Below, in pieces: positions 45,325-56,471 of a DNA stretch of 64,000 bases. The notes below the pieces were generated by a model. The model was not told where the DNA came from. It did no database searches and saw nothing but the letters and a program-made list of their open reading frames with translations. The stretch's first letter is position 1; every line of letters begins with the position of its first letter. The stretch lies in NCBI GenBank assembly GCA_041687695.1, contig JAWLBL010000031.1, forward strand, positions 21,581 to 85,580. The letters run 5' to 3'. The DNA comes from Myxococcota bacterium (GTDB taxonomy: Bacteria > Myxococcota_A > UBA9042 > PHBI01 > JAWLBL01). Both the position numbers and the translations under genes were made by a program.

Positions 45325-46389
45325 CTACCTCCGGCGCCTCCACCAGCCGCCCAGCAGCAGCGCCGCCAGGCCGCTCGCCAGCCCGGTCAGGCCGCCCGCC
45401 GCGCCGCCCGCGCACCCACCGGGGGCGCCCTCGGCGTAGTCCAGGTTCGGCGGCGCCTCGGCCAGCTGGCAGGCCGTGTCGCCCTCGCATTTGCGCCGCT
45501 CGAGGTGCTGCGCGATCGCGTGCTGGCACACCGAGCAGAACTCGTCGCCGTAGCTCTGCATCTTGCAGCGGCCGGTCGGGTGGTAGATGCACTCGCTGAA
45601 GCCGCGCCCTCCCTCGTGCGCCCCGTCGTGGATGTGGGCCCACTTGGCGCCCGACGGGTTCGTCGACAGGTTCGGGTAGGTGGCCAGGTGGTGCTCCGTC
45701 ACGCCGGCCTCGGTCGCGCAGCCGCCGAAGCCGCCGTACTCGTCGCCCAGGCCGAAGATCGCGTGGCCCAGCTCGTGGACGAAGACGCCGTTGTGCGGGT
45801 CGACGTCGTTGGTCGAGATGCGCACGCGGCCCCAAGAACGCGGCGCCGCGGGCCGGTCGGCGTTGGCGCGCCCGTCCGAGCCGCGGATGACGGCCACCAC
45901 GACGTCGAGGTCCGGCGCCTTCTTGCCGGCGGCGTCCAGCGTGGCCGCGTCCATGGTGATGCGGCGGCGGCCCAGGGCGCCCTCGGGCGGGCCCAGGCTG
46001 GCGCCCAGCGGCGTGTCGGTCACGACGTCGTCGTTGACGCTGCCGCCGGTGGTCGGCACCTCGACCAGGTGGATGTTGAACAGGGTCGGCTCGCGCGCGG
46101 TGAGAAAGCGCGTGGTCAGGGCCAGCGAGTCGACCAGATCGTACGCGTGGTCACGGAACTCGCCCATCTGATCGGCCCGGTAGCCTTCGCTGACGAAGAC
46201 CAGATCGATGGCGCGGTCGAGGTTCGGCTCGAGGATGTCGCTGGTCACCTTGGCGTTGCACAGGGGCTGCCCGGACGGGCAGTCCCCACCGGCCGAGGCC
46301 GGCATGGATCCGGTGAGCATCAGGGCGGCGGCCACGACGACCGGGGTCGCGGCTATCTGAAGGGTTCGGATCGCCTCCGCTTTTCGCAT
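45325..46389 (-). CDS. M64 (IgA peptidase-like) metallopeptidase with MYXO-CTERM-like anchor
   Basis: DLVFVSEGY, HELGHAIFGLGDEY, CKM..FCSVC; tail GGC..hydrophobic..RRRR. Confidence 0.85.
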   Translation of the reverse strand: MRKAEAIRTLQIAATPVVVAAALMLTGSMPASAGGDCPSGQPLCNAKVTSDILEPNLDRAIDLVFVSEGYRADQMGEFRDHAYDLVDSLALTTRFLTAREPTLFNIHLVEVPTTGGSVNDDVVTDTPLGASLGPPEGALGRRRITMDAATLDAAGKKAPDLDVVVAVIRGSDGRANADRPAAPRSWGRVRISTNDVDPHNGVFVHELGHAIFGLGDEYGGFGGCATEAGVTEHHLATYPNLSTNPSGAKWAHIHDGAHEGGRGFSECIYHPTGRCKMQSYGDEFCSVCQHAIAQHLERRKCEGDTACQLAEAPPNLDYAEGAPGGCAGGAAGGLTGLASGLAALLLGGWWRRRR

Positions 46390-46573
46390 GTCACTCCCGA
46401 AGGGCGCGTCGCCGCGGGCGCGGTCGGCGCGTCCAGGGGGAAACCAGGGTCTCCCGCTGTGGCGGCGCGGCCCCCGATCCCCGAACCGGGCGCCCTCACC
46501 GCGTTGGCTCGAGGGAGCCTAACCGGCCGGATTGCATAGCGAAAGCAGAATCGGTTACAAAACCGCCCAGGGG

Positions 46574-48019
46574 TTACAGGCCCAGCCGCAGCGCGGGCTC
46601 GTGGGGGTTCGCGTCCAGCTCCAGGCGGTCGAGCAGCGCGTTGTAGGCGACCGGCCGGCCGACCACGCTGACCAGCTCGCCCGGCCGCATCGCGTCCAGC
46701 TCGTCGTTGCGGGGGGCCGGGAAGCGGACGCCGACCCGGGCCTCACCGTCACCGAGGCGCGCGACCAGGGTCCGGCCCCCGCGGGCCAGCGGGTCGGGGT
46801 CGAGGCCGCAGGTCCACTCGATCGCCTCGACCCGCAGGCGCAGCTGGACCGGGTCGGCGGACGCCCGCGCCAGCGCCGCCGCACGCGCCGCCTCGTCGTG
46901 CGCGACCGCCTTGAGCCGCTCGGCCAGCGCCAGCAGCTCGGCCGACTCGCCGGCCTGCCGTGACGGGGCCTCGGCTTCGGCCGCGGCGATGGCCGGCAGC
47001 GCCGGGAGCCGCACCGTCAGCGGCGCGGTGGCCACCCAGTCCGGCCAGGCCGGGATCTCGATCTGCAGCGCCAGCCGCCAGGTCCGGCGGGCGTCCGGCA
47101 ACGTCACCGTCGTCGGCGCGTCCGCCGGCAGCGCGATCGCGTCCTCGACCTCGACCGCCTCGCCGCGCGCCACCTGCCGGTTGGCCAGCAGCACCTGCTC
47201 GTGCAGCAGCACCTCCTCGGCCATGGCCGCCCGGCCCACGCTCAGGTGCTCGGTCGCCTCGAGCCGCGCGACGATCCGGCTCACGGTCACCTCGCGCTGC
47301 GCCGAAAAGCCCATCTTGATCGCGATCTTGCCGCCCGGAGTCGCGTCCTGCGGCGAGACCTCGGCCCGCACCTCGCCCAGCCGATGCTGCGCGAAGTTGT
47401 TGCGCCCGAAGAGCCAGGCCAGCCCAAGCCCCAGCGCCAACACCGCCAGCCCGAACAGGACATGGAGGCGCCCGGCGCCCGAGGCCAGGCCGCCATGCAC
47501 GACGAACGCCGCCACCAACAGCGCCAGCCCCGGCGCAGCGCCGACCAGCAGCGTGGCCCCGGCCCCGGCGCCGCCGGACTGCGGCCGCTGCAGCCCCGCC
47601 GCGGCGACCGGCACGGCCTCCGACCCGGCCGCCGGCCGCAGCGCGATCTTGGCCGCCCCCACCAGATCCGGCCGCGGCGCCGCCCGGTCCACCCGCGCCT
47701 CGACCCACCAGTCCACGTCGAACAGCCGCCCCCGGCTCGACGGCACCCCGTCCGGCGCCTCGATCGCGAACGGCACCTCGACGGCCCCGTCGGGCCACGG
47801 CCCCTCTCGCACCACCTCGCTCGCCGTCACCGTCCGCGACTCGCCGTGGCGCCCGCGGACCACGCGCACCACCTCGACCCGCAGCGGCGCCTCGCCCCAC
47901 GCCGCCTCGGCCCTGATCGCCACGCGCCCGGTCACCCGCTCGCCGGACATGACCGCCCCCCGCGGCCGCCCCGCGCCCGCGGGCCCCTCGATCACCACCC
48001 GAATCGGCGAAGCAGGCAT
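46574..48019 (-). CDS. Membrane protein with two arrestin/SpoOM-like beta domains
   Basis: Two similar segments (SGERVTG..PFAIEAP..VDW; PGGKI..IALPADAP..TW) flanking two TM helices. Confidence 0.6.
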   Translation of the reverse strand: MPASPIRVVIEGPAGAGRPRGAVMSGERVTGRVAIRAEAAWGEAPLRVEVVRVVRGRHGESRTVTASEVVREGPWPDGAVEVPFAIEAPDGVPSSRGRLFDVDWWVEARVDRAAPRPDLVGAAKIALRPAAGSEAVPVAAAGLQRPQSGGAGAGATLLVGAAPGLALLVAAFVVHGGLASGAGRLHVLFGLAVLALGLGLAWLFGRNNFAQHRLGEVRAEVSPQDATPGGKIAIKMGFSAQREVTVSRIVARLEATEHLSVGRAAMAEEVLLHEQVLLANRQVARGEAVEVEDAIALPADAPTTVTLPDARRTWRLALQIEIPAWPDWVATAPLTVRLPALPAIAAAEAEAPSRQAGESAELLALAERLKAVAHDEAARAAALARASADPVQLRLRVEAIEWTCGLDPDPLARGGRTLVARLGDGEARVGVRFPAPRNDELDAMRPGELVSVVGRPVAYNALLDRLELDANPHEPALRLGL

Positions 48020-48175
48020 CGCACCCTCCCCAGCCCATCTCGAAGTCTCTCACCCGCCGCCGAGCTTACCGCCCCGCCCCCACGGCGCAACCCGCCCCCG
48101 GCCGGCGTCCACCCGGGGCTACCCACGCCCGCCCCGCCGTGGCACGGTCCGCCCCCGACAAGGAGCCGCCGCCCG

Positions 48176-48889
48176 ATGCGCGTCGTCGAGGACACCCCCC
48201 GCCGCCTGGTCGTGCGCGACAGCCCGCGCGTCGCCCAGGCCCTGTTCATCCTGGCCCTGCTGGCCACCGCGGCCGGCGTCCTGTTCGAGATCGTGCGCCC
48301 CGTCTCGCTGCGTTGCCCCACCGGCGGCATGTGCGCGCTGCGCGAGTGGCGCGTCACGGGCGCCACCGAGCGCCGCTTCCCGATCTTCGCCGTCACCGGC
48401 GCCGGCGTCGAGCGCGACGGCGACCGCTGCCGGGTCGTCCTGGACGTCGGCGACCAGCGCGTCCCGATGAGCTCGCGCCTGTGGGACGACGAGGACGCCT
48501 GCGACGACGTGTCCCTGCTGCTCGACCGCGCCGCCCGCGAGCGTGCCCTGGGCGGCCTGCGCGTCGACGCCCCCGACCTGACCGTCGCCTACGTGACCCT
48601 GGTCCTGCTGGGCCTCGGCGTCCTGCTGGTCGTCCTGCTCTTCCCCACCCACGAGGCCGTCTTCGACGCCGAGGCCGGCCGCGTCACCATCACCCGCCGC
48701 GCGCCGCTGGTCCGCCAGACCGACCGCCTGCCCCTGGCCGAGATCGTCGCCGTCCGCCGCCACCGCGGCCTGACCGCCCGCGCCGTCTTCCTCGAGCGCG
48801 CCGGCGGGGGCCGCGCCGCCATCAGCGTCGGCCTCGGCCGCGAAGCCGCCGCCATGCAGCGCGTCCAGGCCTTCCTCGACCGCCGCTGA
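48176..48889 (+). CDS. Hypothetical membrane protein
   Basis: MRVVEDTPRRLVVRDSP, two TM helices, high GC3. Confidence 0.7.
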   Translation: MRVVEDTPRRLVVRDSPRVAQALFILALLATAAGVLFEIVRPVSLRCPTGGMCALREWRVTGATERRFPIFAVTGAGVERDGDRCRVVLDVGDQRVPMSSRLWDDEDACDDVSLLLDRAARERALGGLRVDAPDLTVAYVTLVLLGLGVLLVVLLFPTHEAVFDAEAGRVTITRRAPLVRQTDRLPLAEIVAVRRHRGLTARAVFLERAGGGRAAISVGLGREAAAMQRVQAFLDRR

Positions 48890-48904
48890 CCCCTCCCGGC
48901 CGCC

Positions 48905-51484
48905 TCAGCCCTCGATCCGCAGCACCCGCACCAGCGGCCCCTCGGGCGCCTGGTCCTCGCGCAAGTCCACCACCGCCTCGACGGCCCACCCGGTCTCGCC
49001 CTCGCGGTCGCTCAGCAGCTGCGTCACCGTCCACCGCAGCCGCCCGTCCGGCGTGATGCGCGTCTTGTCCGCGTGCCGCGCCCGATGGTCGAACGCCACC
49101 GCCCCGTACTCCTCGACGAACGGCTCCAGCGCCTCGCGGAACCGCGCCGCGTCCCACCCCTCGCCCTCTTCGGCCTCGGGGTCCTGCGCCACCGTCGCCG
49201 CCGCCTCCTCCCAGTCCTGCTCGCTCAGCGCCTTCATCAGCGCGTGCAGCTCGGCCCGGATGCGCGCGTAGAAGGTCCGCTTGTCCCGGCTGATGTCCAG
49301 CGGCGGCGGCGCCTGACCCGGCCCCGCCTCCGCGGCCTCGCCGACCACCATCCGCTCCCACTCCTGCACCAGGCTCGAGTCCACGCGCCCCAGCGTCGTC
49401 CGGAAGTAGGCGACGACGTCGATCACCTCGTCGGTCTTGGCCTCGTCCGGCACCGTCTGCACCAGCACCTTGAACCCCTGCGACAGGTACCGCAGCAGCA
49501 CCCCCTCCATCCGCTCGAGCCCCAGCTCCTTGACGTACTCGTTGAAGCTCATCCACCGCTCGACCATGTCGCGCATGATGGATTTCGGCCGCACGTTCTC
49601 GCCCTGCAGCCACGGGTGCCGCTCGACGAACGCGTCCAGCAGCGCGTACAGCAGCTCGGCGTGCGGCTTGGGGTAGCTGATCTTCTCCAGCGCCGCGATG
49701 CGCTCCTCGTACTCGACCCCCTCGGCCTTCATCCGCGCCATGGCCTCGGTCTTCAGCTTGTCCTCCTGCCGCGCCAGGATCGCCCGCGGGTGCTCCAGGA
49801 TCGCCTCGACCAGCGTCACCACGTCCAGCGCGTAGTCCGGCCGCTCGGGCGGGAACGCCGCCAGCGCCTCGACCACGAACAGCGACAGCGTCTGCGTCAG
49901 CGAGAACTCGCGCTGCAGCGCCTCCTTCACGACCAGCGACTGCCCCCGCCCGAACGACGCCGGCACCGCCTCGACCACCCCCGACCGCATCAGCGACTTC
50001 ACCAGCTGCCGCGCGTCCTTGCGCAGCCGCGACTTCGCCCCCGCCGCCTCGTGGCAGCGCCCGATCAGCGCGATCAGCCGCCGGTAGCCGCCCCCCGGCA
50101 CATACGCGTTGTCCTCGCGCTGCAGCAGGTCGACGATCATCCCGTGCGTCACCCGAAACCGCGACTCCAGCGTCTCGGGCGGGCTGTCGATCAGCTGCTG
50201 GAACGTCTCCTCGTTCCACGCCACGTAGCCCTTCTTGGGCGGCTGCTTCTTCACGAACTTCTTGCGCCCGGTGTCGGCCGCCTTCTTCTCGAGCCGCTTG
50301 TTCTCGATGACGTGCTCGGGCGCCTGCGCCACCACGTACCCGTGGTCGTCGAAGCCCTTGCGCCCGGCGCGCCCTGCGATCTGCTTGAACTCGCGCACCC
50401 CCAGCACGCCCACCTTGTCCCCCGAGAACTTGCACAGCTGGGTGAACATCACCGTGCGGATCGGCACGTTGACGCCCACCCCCAGCGTGTCGGTCCCGCA
50501 GATGACGCTCAGCAGCCCCATCCGCGACAGCCGCTCGACCATCAGCCGGTACTTGGGCAGAAGGCCCCCGTGGTGCAGCCCCAGCCCGTGCCGCACGAAC
50601 CGCTCCATGTCCTTGCCGTAGGGCGTGTCGAACCGGAACCCCTTCAGCTCGCGCGCGATGGCCTCCTTGGTCGCGCGCGTGGCGAAGTCCACGCTCATCA
50701 GGCCCTGCACCTGCTCGGCCGCCTCGCGCTGCGTGAAGTGCACCAGGTAGATCGGCTGCCGGTTGCGGCTGACCAGCGCGTGCAGGGTCTCGAGCAGCGG
50801 CTCCTCGCTGTACGAGAACTCCAGCGGCACCGGCCGCTTGCCCGAGCGCACCTTGACGATCTCGCGCTCGGTGAACGCGGCCACGCTCTCTTCGATCTTC
50901 GTCGTGTCGCCCAGCGTCGCCGACATCAGCAGGAAGGTCGCGTGCGGCAGCCCGATGAGCGGCAGCTGCCAGGCCCAGCCGCGGTCGCGGTCGCCGTAGT
51001 AGTGGAACTCGTCCATCACCACGAAGTCCGCCGCCGCCTGCTCGCCGGCGCGCAGCGTCATGTTGGCCAGGATCTCGGCGGTGCAGCAGATGACCGGCGC
51101 GTCGCGGTTGACGGTGGCGTCGCCGGTCATCAGCCCGACCTTGTCGGCGCCGAAGGCCGCGCACAGGTCGAAGAACTTCTCGCTGACCAGCGCCTTGATG
51201 GGCGACGTGTAGAAGCTGCGCGCGCCCTTGGCGAGCCCGATGAGGTGCAGCGCCAGCGCGACGAGCGACTTGCCCGAGCCGGTCGGCGTCTCGAGGATGA
51301 CGTGCCGGTCGCTCAGCAGCTCGAGGATGGCCTCCTCCTGGGCCGGATACAGCGCGATGCCGCGCTCGGCGACCCACTCGACGAAGACGTCGAACACGTC
51401 GTCGCCGCTGGGGCTCGGGCCGCACGCGGCCAGGCGCTGGACCAGGTTGGGGGCGCTGTCGGGGGAGGCGGAGGGCTCGGTCAT
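48905..51484 (-). CDS. Ski2/HelY-like DEAD/DEAH helicase (DUF3516-type C-terminus)
   Basis: PTGSGKS, PIKAL, DEFH, SAT, QIAGRAGRKG. Confidence 0.93.
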   Translation of the reverse strand: MTEPSASPDSAPNLVQRLAACGPSPSGDDVFDVFVEWVAERGIALYPAQEEAILELLSDRHVILETPTGSGKSLVALALHLIGLAKGARSFYTSPIKALVSEKFFDLCAAFGADKVGLMTGDATVNRDAPVICCTAEILANMTLRAGEQAAADFVVMDEFHYYGDRDRGWAWQLPLIGLPHATFLLMSATLGDTTKIEESVAAFTEREIVKVRSGKRPVPLEFSYSEEPLLETLHALVSRNRQPIYLVHFTQREAAEQVQGLMSVDFATRATKEAIARELKGFRFDTPYGKDMERFVRHGLGLHHGGLLPKYRLMVERLSRMGLLSVICGTDTLGVGVNVPIRTVMFTQLCKFSGDKVGVLGVREFKQIAGRAGRKGFDDHGYVVAQAPEHVIENKRLEKKAADTGRKKFVKKQPPKKGYVAWNEETFQQLIDSPPETLESRFRVTHGMIVDLLQREDNAYVPGGGYRRLIALIGRCHEAAGAKSRLRKDARQLVKSLMRSGVVEAVPASFGRGQSLVVKEALQREFSLTQTLSLFVVEALAAFPPERPDYALDVVTLVEAILEHPRAILARQEDKLKTEAMARMKAEGVEYEERIAALEKISYPKPHAELLYALLDAFVERHPWLQGENVRPKSIMRDMVERWMSFNEYVKELGLERMEGVLLRYLSQGFKVLVQTVPDEAKTDEVIDVVAYFRTTLGRVDSSLVQEWERMVVGEAAEAGPGQAPPPLDISRDKRTFYARIRAELHALMKALSEQDWEEAAATVAQDPEAEEGEGWDAARFREALEPFVEEYGAVAFDHRARHADKTRITPDGRLRWTVTQLLSDREGETGWAVEAVVDLREDQAPEGPLVRVLRIEG

Positions 51485-51605
51485 GGGCCAGCCTTACACC
51501 TTCGGCGGCCCGGCGGACACCCCCAATCGTGTCCGGCGCCGCCCGCGACACCGCGGCGACGCGCCTCCCCCGCCGCGTGCGGGCGAGGGAGGCGGTCGTC
51601 GGTCG

Positions 51606-52316
51606 TCACATGCCCGGGCTGGACGGCTTGTCCGGCGAGGGCTCGAGGCCTGGCGACGGCTCGAGGCCCGGCGACGGAGCCGGCATCGGCTCGTCGGCGC
51701 CCGGCTGGCCCTCGTCGGGCAGCGGCGTCGACGGCACCGGGACGATGATGGTCGGCGGCTCCTCGCCCATGGGCTCGCTCGGCGCCGGCGTCGGCTCGGC
51801 GGCCGGCGGGATGGGCTCCACGGTCGGCGGCACCGGCTCCTGGCCGGTCGGCGGCGTCGGCTGCGCGGGCGGCGTCGGCTCGGTCGGCTGCGCGGGCGGC
51901 GTCGGCTCGGCCGGCTGCGCGGGCGTGCAGGCGCCGGAGCTCAACAGCTCGAGCTTGCCCTCGAGCGCGCCGATGTCGCGCTGCAGGGTCATCAGCGCCT
52001 GCGCGTCGATCTCGCCCCCTTGCGCGGCGCGCAGCTCGGACAGCTGCTGCTCGGCCGAGAGCTTGTCCTGCCGCAGCTGGCGGATCTGGCTGTCCAGCAT
52101 CGGCTGGTTCTGCACCTGCTGCGAGACCTCGTTCAACTTCTGTTCGATCTCGATGAGCTTGCTGCGCGTCTGCTCCATCAGCGCCTGCAGCTCCTGATCG
52201 GCCTGCTGCTGGGACTCGATGGGCGCCGGCTCTCCCTGCGGCTCGCGCCGTTCGGTGCAGCCGACCACGGGCAAGCTCAACGACAGCGCGCCGAGCGCCA
52301 GGACGATGCGTCGCAT
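51606..52316 (-). CDS. Coiled-coil, Pro-rich lipoprotein
   Basis: Lipobox VVGC; Q/E coiled coil; PAQPTEPT and PSPGLE repeats. Confidence 0.75.
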   Translation of the reverse strand: MRRIVLALGALSLSLPVVGCTERREPQGEPAPIESQQQADQELQALMEQTRSKLIEIEQKLNEVSQQVQNQPMLDSQIRQLRQDKLSAEQQLSELRAAQGGEIDAQALMTLQRDIGALEGKLELLSSGACTPAQPAEPTPPAQPTEPTPPAQPTPPTGQEPVPPTVEPIPPAAEPTPAPSEPMGEEPPTIIVPVPSTPLPDEGQPGADEPMPAPSPGLEPSPGLEPSPDKPSSPGM

Positions 52317-52415
52317 GGGTTCCTCCTCCGATGCGGGTTGCTGCCAACGAAAGCAGGGGCACCGACCTCGGCGGGTTCAAGCCTGTGAGACGCCTGGACT
52401 TTTCGCTCTCCCGCG

Positions 52416-53372
52416 CTACCGCTGGCCCAGCCACGGGATCCGGCCGCGCGACAGGCGGTCCAGCATCGCCTGCATGCGCTCCTCGACCTCGGCGTAGCAG
52501 CGCTGCACGACCGCCGGATCGTCGGCGTCCTGGGGGCGCAGGTCCGGCCAGGCGATGGGCTCGCCGAAGGCCAGCGTCGTCTGCGCGGGCAGCGGCAGAT
52601 AGAAGAAGAAGGCCGGGAACAGGCCCCAGGGCAGCCCCAGCGCGATGGGGAAGACCTTCGCGCGCGCCCACACGTCCAGGCGCAGGGCGCGGGCCAGCCG
52701 CTCGCCGCGGCTCAGGATGATCAGCTGCTCGTGCGTGCCGGCGCTGACGACCGGCACGATGGGGACGCCCGCGGTCAGGGCCAGCCGCACGAAGCCGGTG
52801 CGCCCGCCCAGCACCACCCGGTCGCGCTCGCGGAAGGGCCGCATCGTGTCGAGATCCGACCCGGGATAGACCAGCGCCAGGTCGCCGCGCCGGAACACCG
52901 CGTGCGCGCTCGAGTGCCCCGCCCGCACGAGGCCCAGCTTGATGGCCGCCCGGTGCGCCGCCCGGTCGTAGAACACCAGGTCGTGCGCCAACGGCCGCAC
53001 CACCCGCTCGACCCCCAGCCGGTCTTCGATGGCCGCCATCGTCAGTAGCGTGTCGATGGGCATCAGCCCGCCGTTGTGGTTGCCGACCAGCAGCGCCGCG
53101 CCCTCGGCCGGCACGTGCTCCACCCCCTCGACCCGCCAGCGAAACCACGACCGCGCCACCGCCCGCGTCGTCTCCATCGCCCAGCGCACGAACGCGGGAT
53201 CTCGCCCGTCCAGGTCGTCCTCGAGCCGCCGCCGCTTCAGCCCCAGCCCGTACCCCAGCACCGTCACCACCGGCGCCGCCGGCGACGTCAGGTGCACGAA
53301 GTCGCGCCAGCGAAAGTGCTCGGGGATCTGCCGAAGGTACTGCCACGCGCCCACGCCCGCCTCCTCGTCCAT
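52416..53372 (-). CDS. Lysophospholipid acyltransferase (PlsC-like)
   Basis: LLVGNHNGG..D, LVYPG, GFVRLAL..VPIVPV. Confidence 0.88.
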   Translation of the reverse strand: MDEEAGVGAWQYLRQIPEHFRWRDFVHLTSPAAPVVTVLGYGLGLKRRRLEDDLDGRDPAFVRWAMETTRAVARSWFRWRVEGVEHVPAEGAALLVGNHNGGLMPIDTLLTMAAIEDRLGVERVVRPLAHDLVFYDRAAHRAAIKLGLVRAGHSSAHAVFRRGDLALVYPGSDLDTMRPFRERDRVVLGGRTGFVRLALTAGVPIVPVVSAGTHEQLIILSRGERLARALRLDVWARAKVFPIALGLPWGLFPAFFFYLPLPAQTTLAFGEPIAWPDLRPQDADDPAVVQRCYAEVEERMQAMLDRLSRGRIPWLGQR

Positions 53373-53407
53373 GTCAGGACATCTTCGGCACGGCCGCGCC
53401 GTCGTCT

Positions 53408-53989
53408 TCACCCTGCCGTGGCGGCAGCGTCCTCGGCGACACGACCAGCCGCGCGCGCCGCCTCCACACGCGCGACCACCTCGTCCACGGACCACTGGTC
53501 GTACGCGTGGCGGCCATACTGCGCGTCCACCACCACCCCGTCCGGCCCGACGAGCAGGTCCGCCGGCAGCCCCAGGTGCCCGCCCTCGCCGCGCGTCAGG
53601 CTCCACCGGTGCCGCCCGAACATGCCGCGCACCGCCGCCGGCCACCCCCGCGGGTCCAGCATCGCCCGCCACCCCGCCTCGACCCCGAACCGACGATACA
53701 GCGCCTTGTCCGGGTCGGCCACCACGGCGAACGGCAGGTCCCCCTGGTACGGCCGCATCGTCTCGGCCTCCGAGTGGAACAGCGCCACCTCGCGCACCCC
53801 CGCCGCCTCCAGCTCGCCCACCCGCCCCGCGAAGCTCCGCAGGTGCAGGTTGCAGATGGGACACCCGGCGAACCGCCGAAACTGCAGATGCACGAACCGC
53901 CCCTCGCCGTCCGGCACCCTCACCTCGCCATGCGCCAGCGACTCCAGCGTGAACGGCTCCAGGCGATCTCCCTTGGCGACGCGAGGCAT
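53408..53989 (-). CDS. Peroxiredoxin-like (AhpC/TSA) protein
   Basis: FRRFAGCPICNLH, ADPDKALY, LPADLL. Confidence 0.85.
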   Translation of the reverse strand: MPRVAKGDRLEPFTLESLAHGEVRVPDGEGRFVHLQFRRFAGCPICNLHLRSFAGRVGELEAAGVREVALFHSEAETMRPYQGDLPFAVVADPDKALYRRFGVEAGWRAMLDPRGWPAAVRGMFGRHRWSLTRGEGGHLGLPADLLVGPDGVVVDAQYGRHAYDQWSVDEVVARVEAARAAGRVAEDAAATAG

Positions 53990-54076
53990 GCGACCGTCCT
54001 TCCTTCATCGAGGTCAGGCGGACCATGCCAGCGCGTCTCGTGGTGCGCAACGGCGTAGCTGCCGCGCGCGCGTCGA

Positions 54077-54508
54077 TCACCCGACCGGCGGCGCCAGCTG
54101 GTGCTGCAGCATCCAGTGGACGCCAAAGCGGTCGGTCAGCGTGCCGAAGCGCGCGCCCCAGAAGGTGTCGTGCAGGGCGTGCTTCACCTGCCCGCCCTCG
54201 CTCAGGGCCGCGAACTGCTGCTCCAGCTCGGCCAGGCTGCCGCACTCGACCGACACGAACACGTTGTTGCCCGCCTGGGTCGGCCCGTCCGGCCGGTCCG
54301 ACAGCATCAGGACGAAGCCGCCACGGCTCAGGCAGGCGTGTGCGACCTGCTCGCGCTCGGCCACCGGGCAGGCGTCGCCCTTCATGTCGCCATAGGTCAT
54401 CAGCTCCAGCTTGCCGCCGAACACGTCGTGATACGCGCTCGCGGCCTCGCGGCCGTTGCCGCCGAAGAACAGGTACGGGGTCACTCGGGTCGAAGTCGTC
54501 TCAGCCAC
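54077..54508 (-). CDS. VOC/PhnB family protein
   Basis: TPYLFFGGN.REA, FWGARFG.LTDRFGVHW; AAGGAGG RBS before GTG. Confidence 0.9.
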   Translation of the reverse strand: MAETTSTRVTPYLFFGGNGREAASAYHDVFGGKLELMTYGDMKGDACPVAEREQVAHACLSRGGFVLMLSDRPDGPTQAGNNVFVSVECGSLAELEQQFAALSEGGQVKHALHDTFWGARFGTLTDRFGVHWMLQHQLAPPVG

Positions 54509-54686
54509 GCGGTCCTCCTTGGTGTGGCGTTCATGTCCCTTCGACTCCCCGCCGCCGCCGATCTCATCGGCGCCGCCCTCATTTTCTCTTCGCGCCGGCC
54601 CCGGTCGGGGTTGGCCCCGCGCGCGCGTGATTACGGTGCCCTTACCCGCCTGCTCGCCGCCCCGCCCAAGCCCACCGGAGTCCATC

Positions 54687-55550
<864 letters not shown>

Positions 55551-56471
55551 CCACCCCCGCCGGCGGCGGCACCCGCTGCAGGTACCAGCCCAGATGCGAG
55601 AACGGATGCAGCAGCGCCTGCGCCATCAGCCGCCGCTGCAGCCCCTCGTCCAGCGCCGCCTCCGCGTAGCCATAGGCCAGCAGCAGCCGCCGCAACAGCC
55701 CCGCCTCGGCGCAGGTCACGAACAGCCCCACCGAGGCGAACTCCGCCTCGGCCGCGCCCTGCAGCGCCGACTCGAAGTCGATGAGCCCCGTCAGCCGCCA
55801 CCCGCCCGCCCCGTCCGGCGCCGCCAGCAGGTGCTCCCTCATCAGCTCCGTGTGCAGCAGCACCGTCGGCGCCGCCGCCTCCAGCCCCGCCCGCTCCAGA
55901 AAGCCCGCGATCTGCGCGACCCACGCCTCGTCCAGCCCCCGCTTGCGCTGCGCCTCCTCGGCGCCCGCCCGCTGCGCCGCAACGAACGCCGGCCAGTCCC
56001 GCCGCGGCACCGCCGACCGGCTGGCGTCCACCGCATGCAGCGCCGCTACCCCCGCCCCGATGGCCTCGGCCAACCGCTCGCGCTCGCGCCGCGGCACCTG
56101 CCCCCACACCTCGGCCAGCGGCCGCCCCCGCAGCCGCTCCATCAGCACGTAACGCCACCCGTCCAGCTCGCCCGTCGCCCGCAGCCGCGGCGTCGGGATC
56201 GGCAGCCGCCCCTGCAGCAGCTCCAGCGCGCTGGACTCGATGTCGAATTCCGCCCCATGGCACGGCGGATACAGCTTCAGGACGTGCCCTTCCCCCACCG
56301 CATAGACCGGCAGCGACCCCGCCTCGAACCGCGCGACCTCCTCCCCACCCAGCCCATGCCGCCGCGCGATCTCCACCGCCCCCGGCCTCAGCCGCGCCTC
56401 GTCCCGGCGCACGGCCTGAAACTCGGCGACCGCCTCGGCCCGCGGCAGCAGCGTCCGCCCCAGCGTGTCAC